DNA of 63,980 bases, filler included, from Octopus bimaculoides (Eukaryota), in NCBI RefSeq assembly GCF_001194135.2. It is 7 parts of 7 records of this genome, joined end to end, with 100 filler letters (N's around TTAATTAATTAA, not from the genome) between each part and the next. Parts side by side here need not be neighbours in the genome. Positions count along the whole stretch, not along the records: positions 61,684 to 63,980 come from NC_068981.1; 6 more parts are not named here. One strand, given 5' to 3'. The notes beneath the pieces were generated by a model. It was not told where the DNA came from. It saw only the letters and a list, made by a program, of their open reading frames with translations, and made no database searches. Positions 63,934-63,980 of the stretch are shown piece by piece. Position 1 is the stretch's first letter; every line of letters begins with the position of its first letter. Made by a program: the position numbers and the translations under genes.

Positions 63934-63980
<47 letters not shown>

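Overview
AT-rich, gap-riddled eukaryotic non-coding DNA. No host protein-coding gene can be supported. The dense (CA)n/(TA)n/(GA)n/(AAT)n microsatellites and the tRNA-derived SINE families point to an octopus genome (inference). The window is mostly transposon debris: about 35 copies or fragments of three tRNA-derived SINE families (my labels A, B, C), CR1/L2-like, RTE and R4/Dong LINE fragments, four Penelope-like element (PLE) coding remnants, a mariner transposase remnant, two TA-flanked MITEs, a CACTGTG-ended DNA transposon remnant and a tRNA-Pro pseudogene. The main finding is a set of hammerhead-ribozyme (HHR) motifs. Six are minimal type I motifs with palindromic helix III; three of these sit in a ~170-bp non-autonomous element and share an A6U core change. 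One more (24751-24813) is heavily degenerate. At 563-636 a complete, unmutated hammerhead core has its three strands in a non-circularly permuted order. Several non-repetitive islands carry Pbx/Hox, Meis, YY1 and E2F-like motifs and may be regulatory. N44-TTAATTAATTAA-N44 blocks are assembly linkers, and most ORFs in the supplied track are microsatellite or N artefacts. All calls are by eye. Boundaries of degenerate repeats are approximate (about +/-20 bp).
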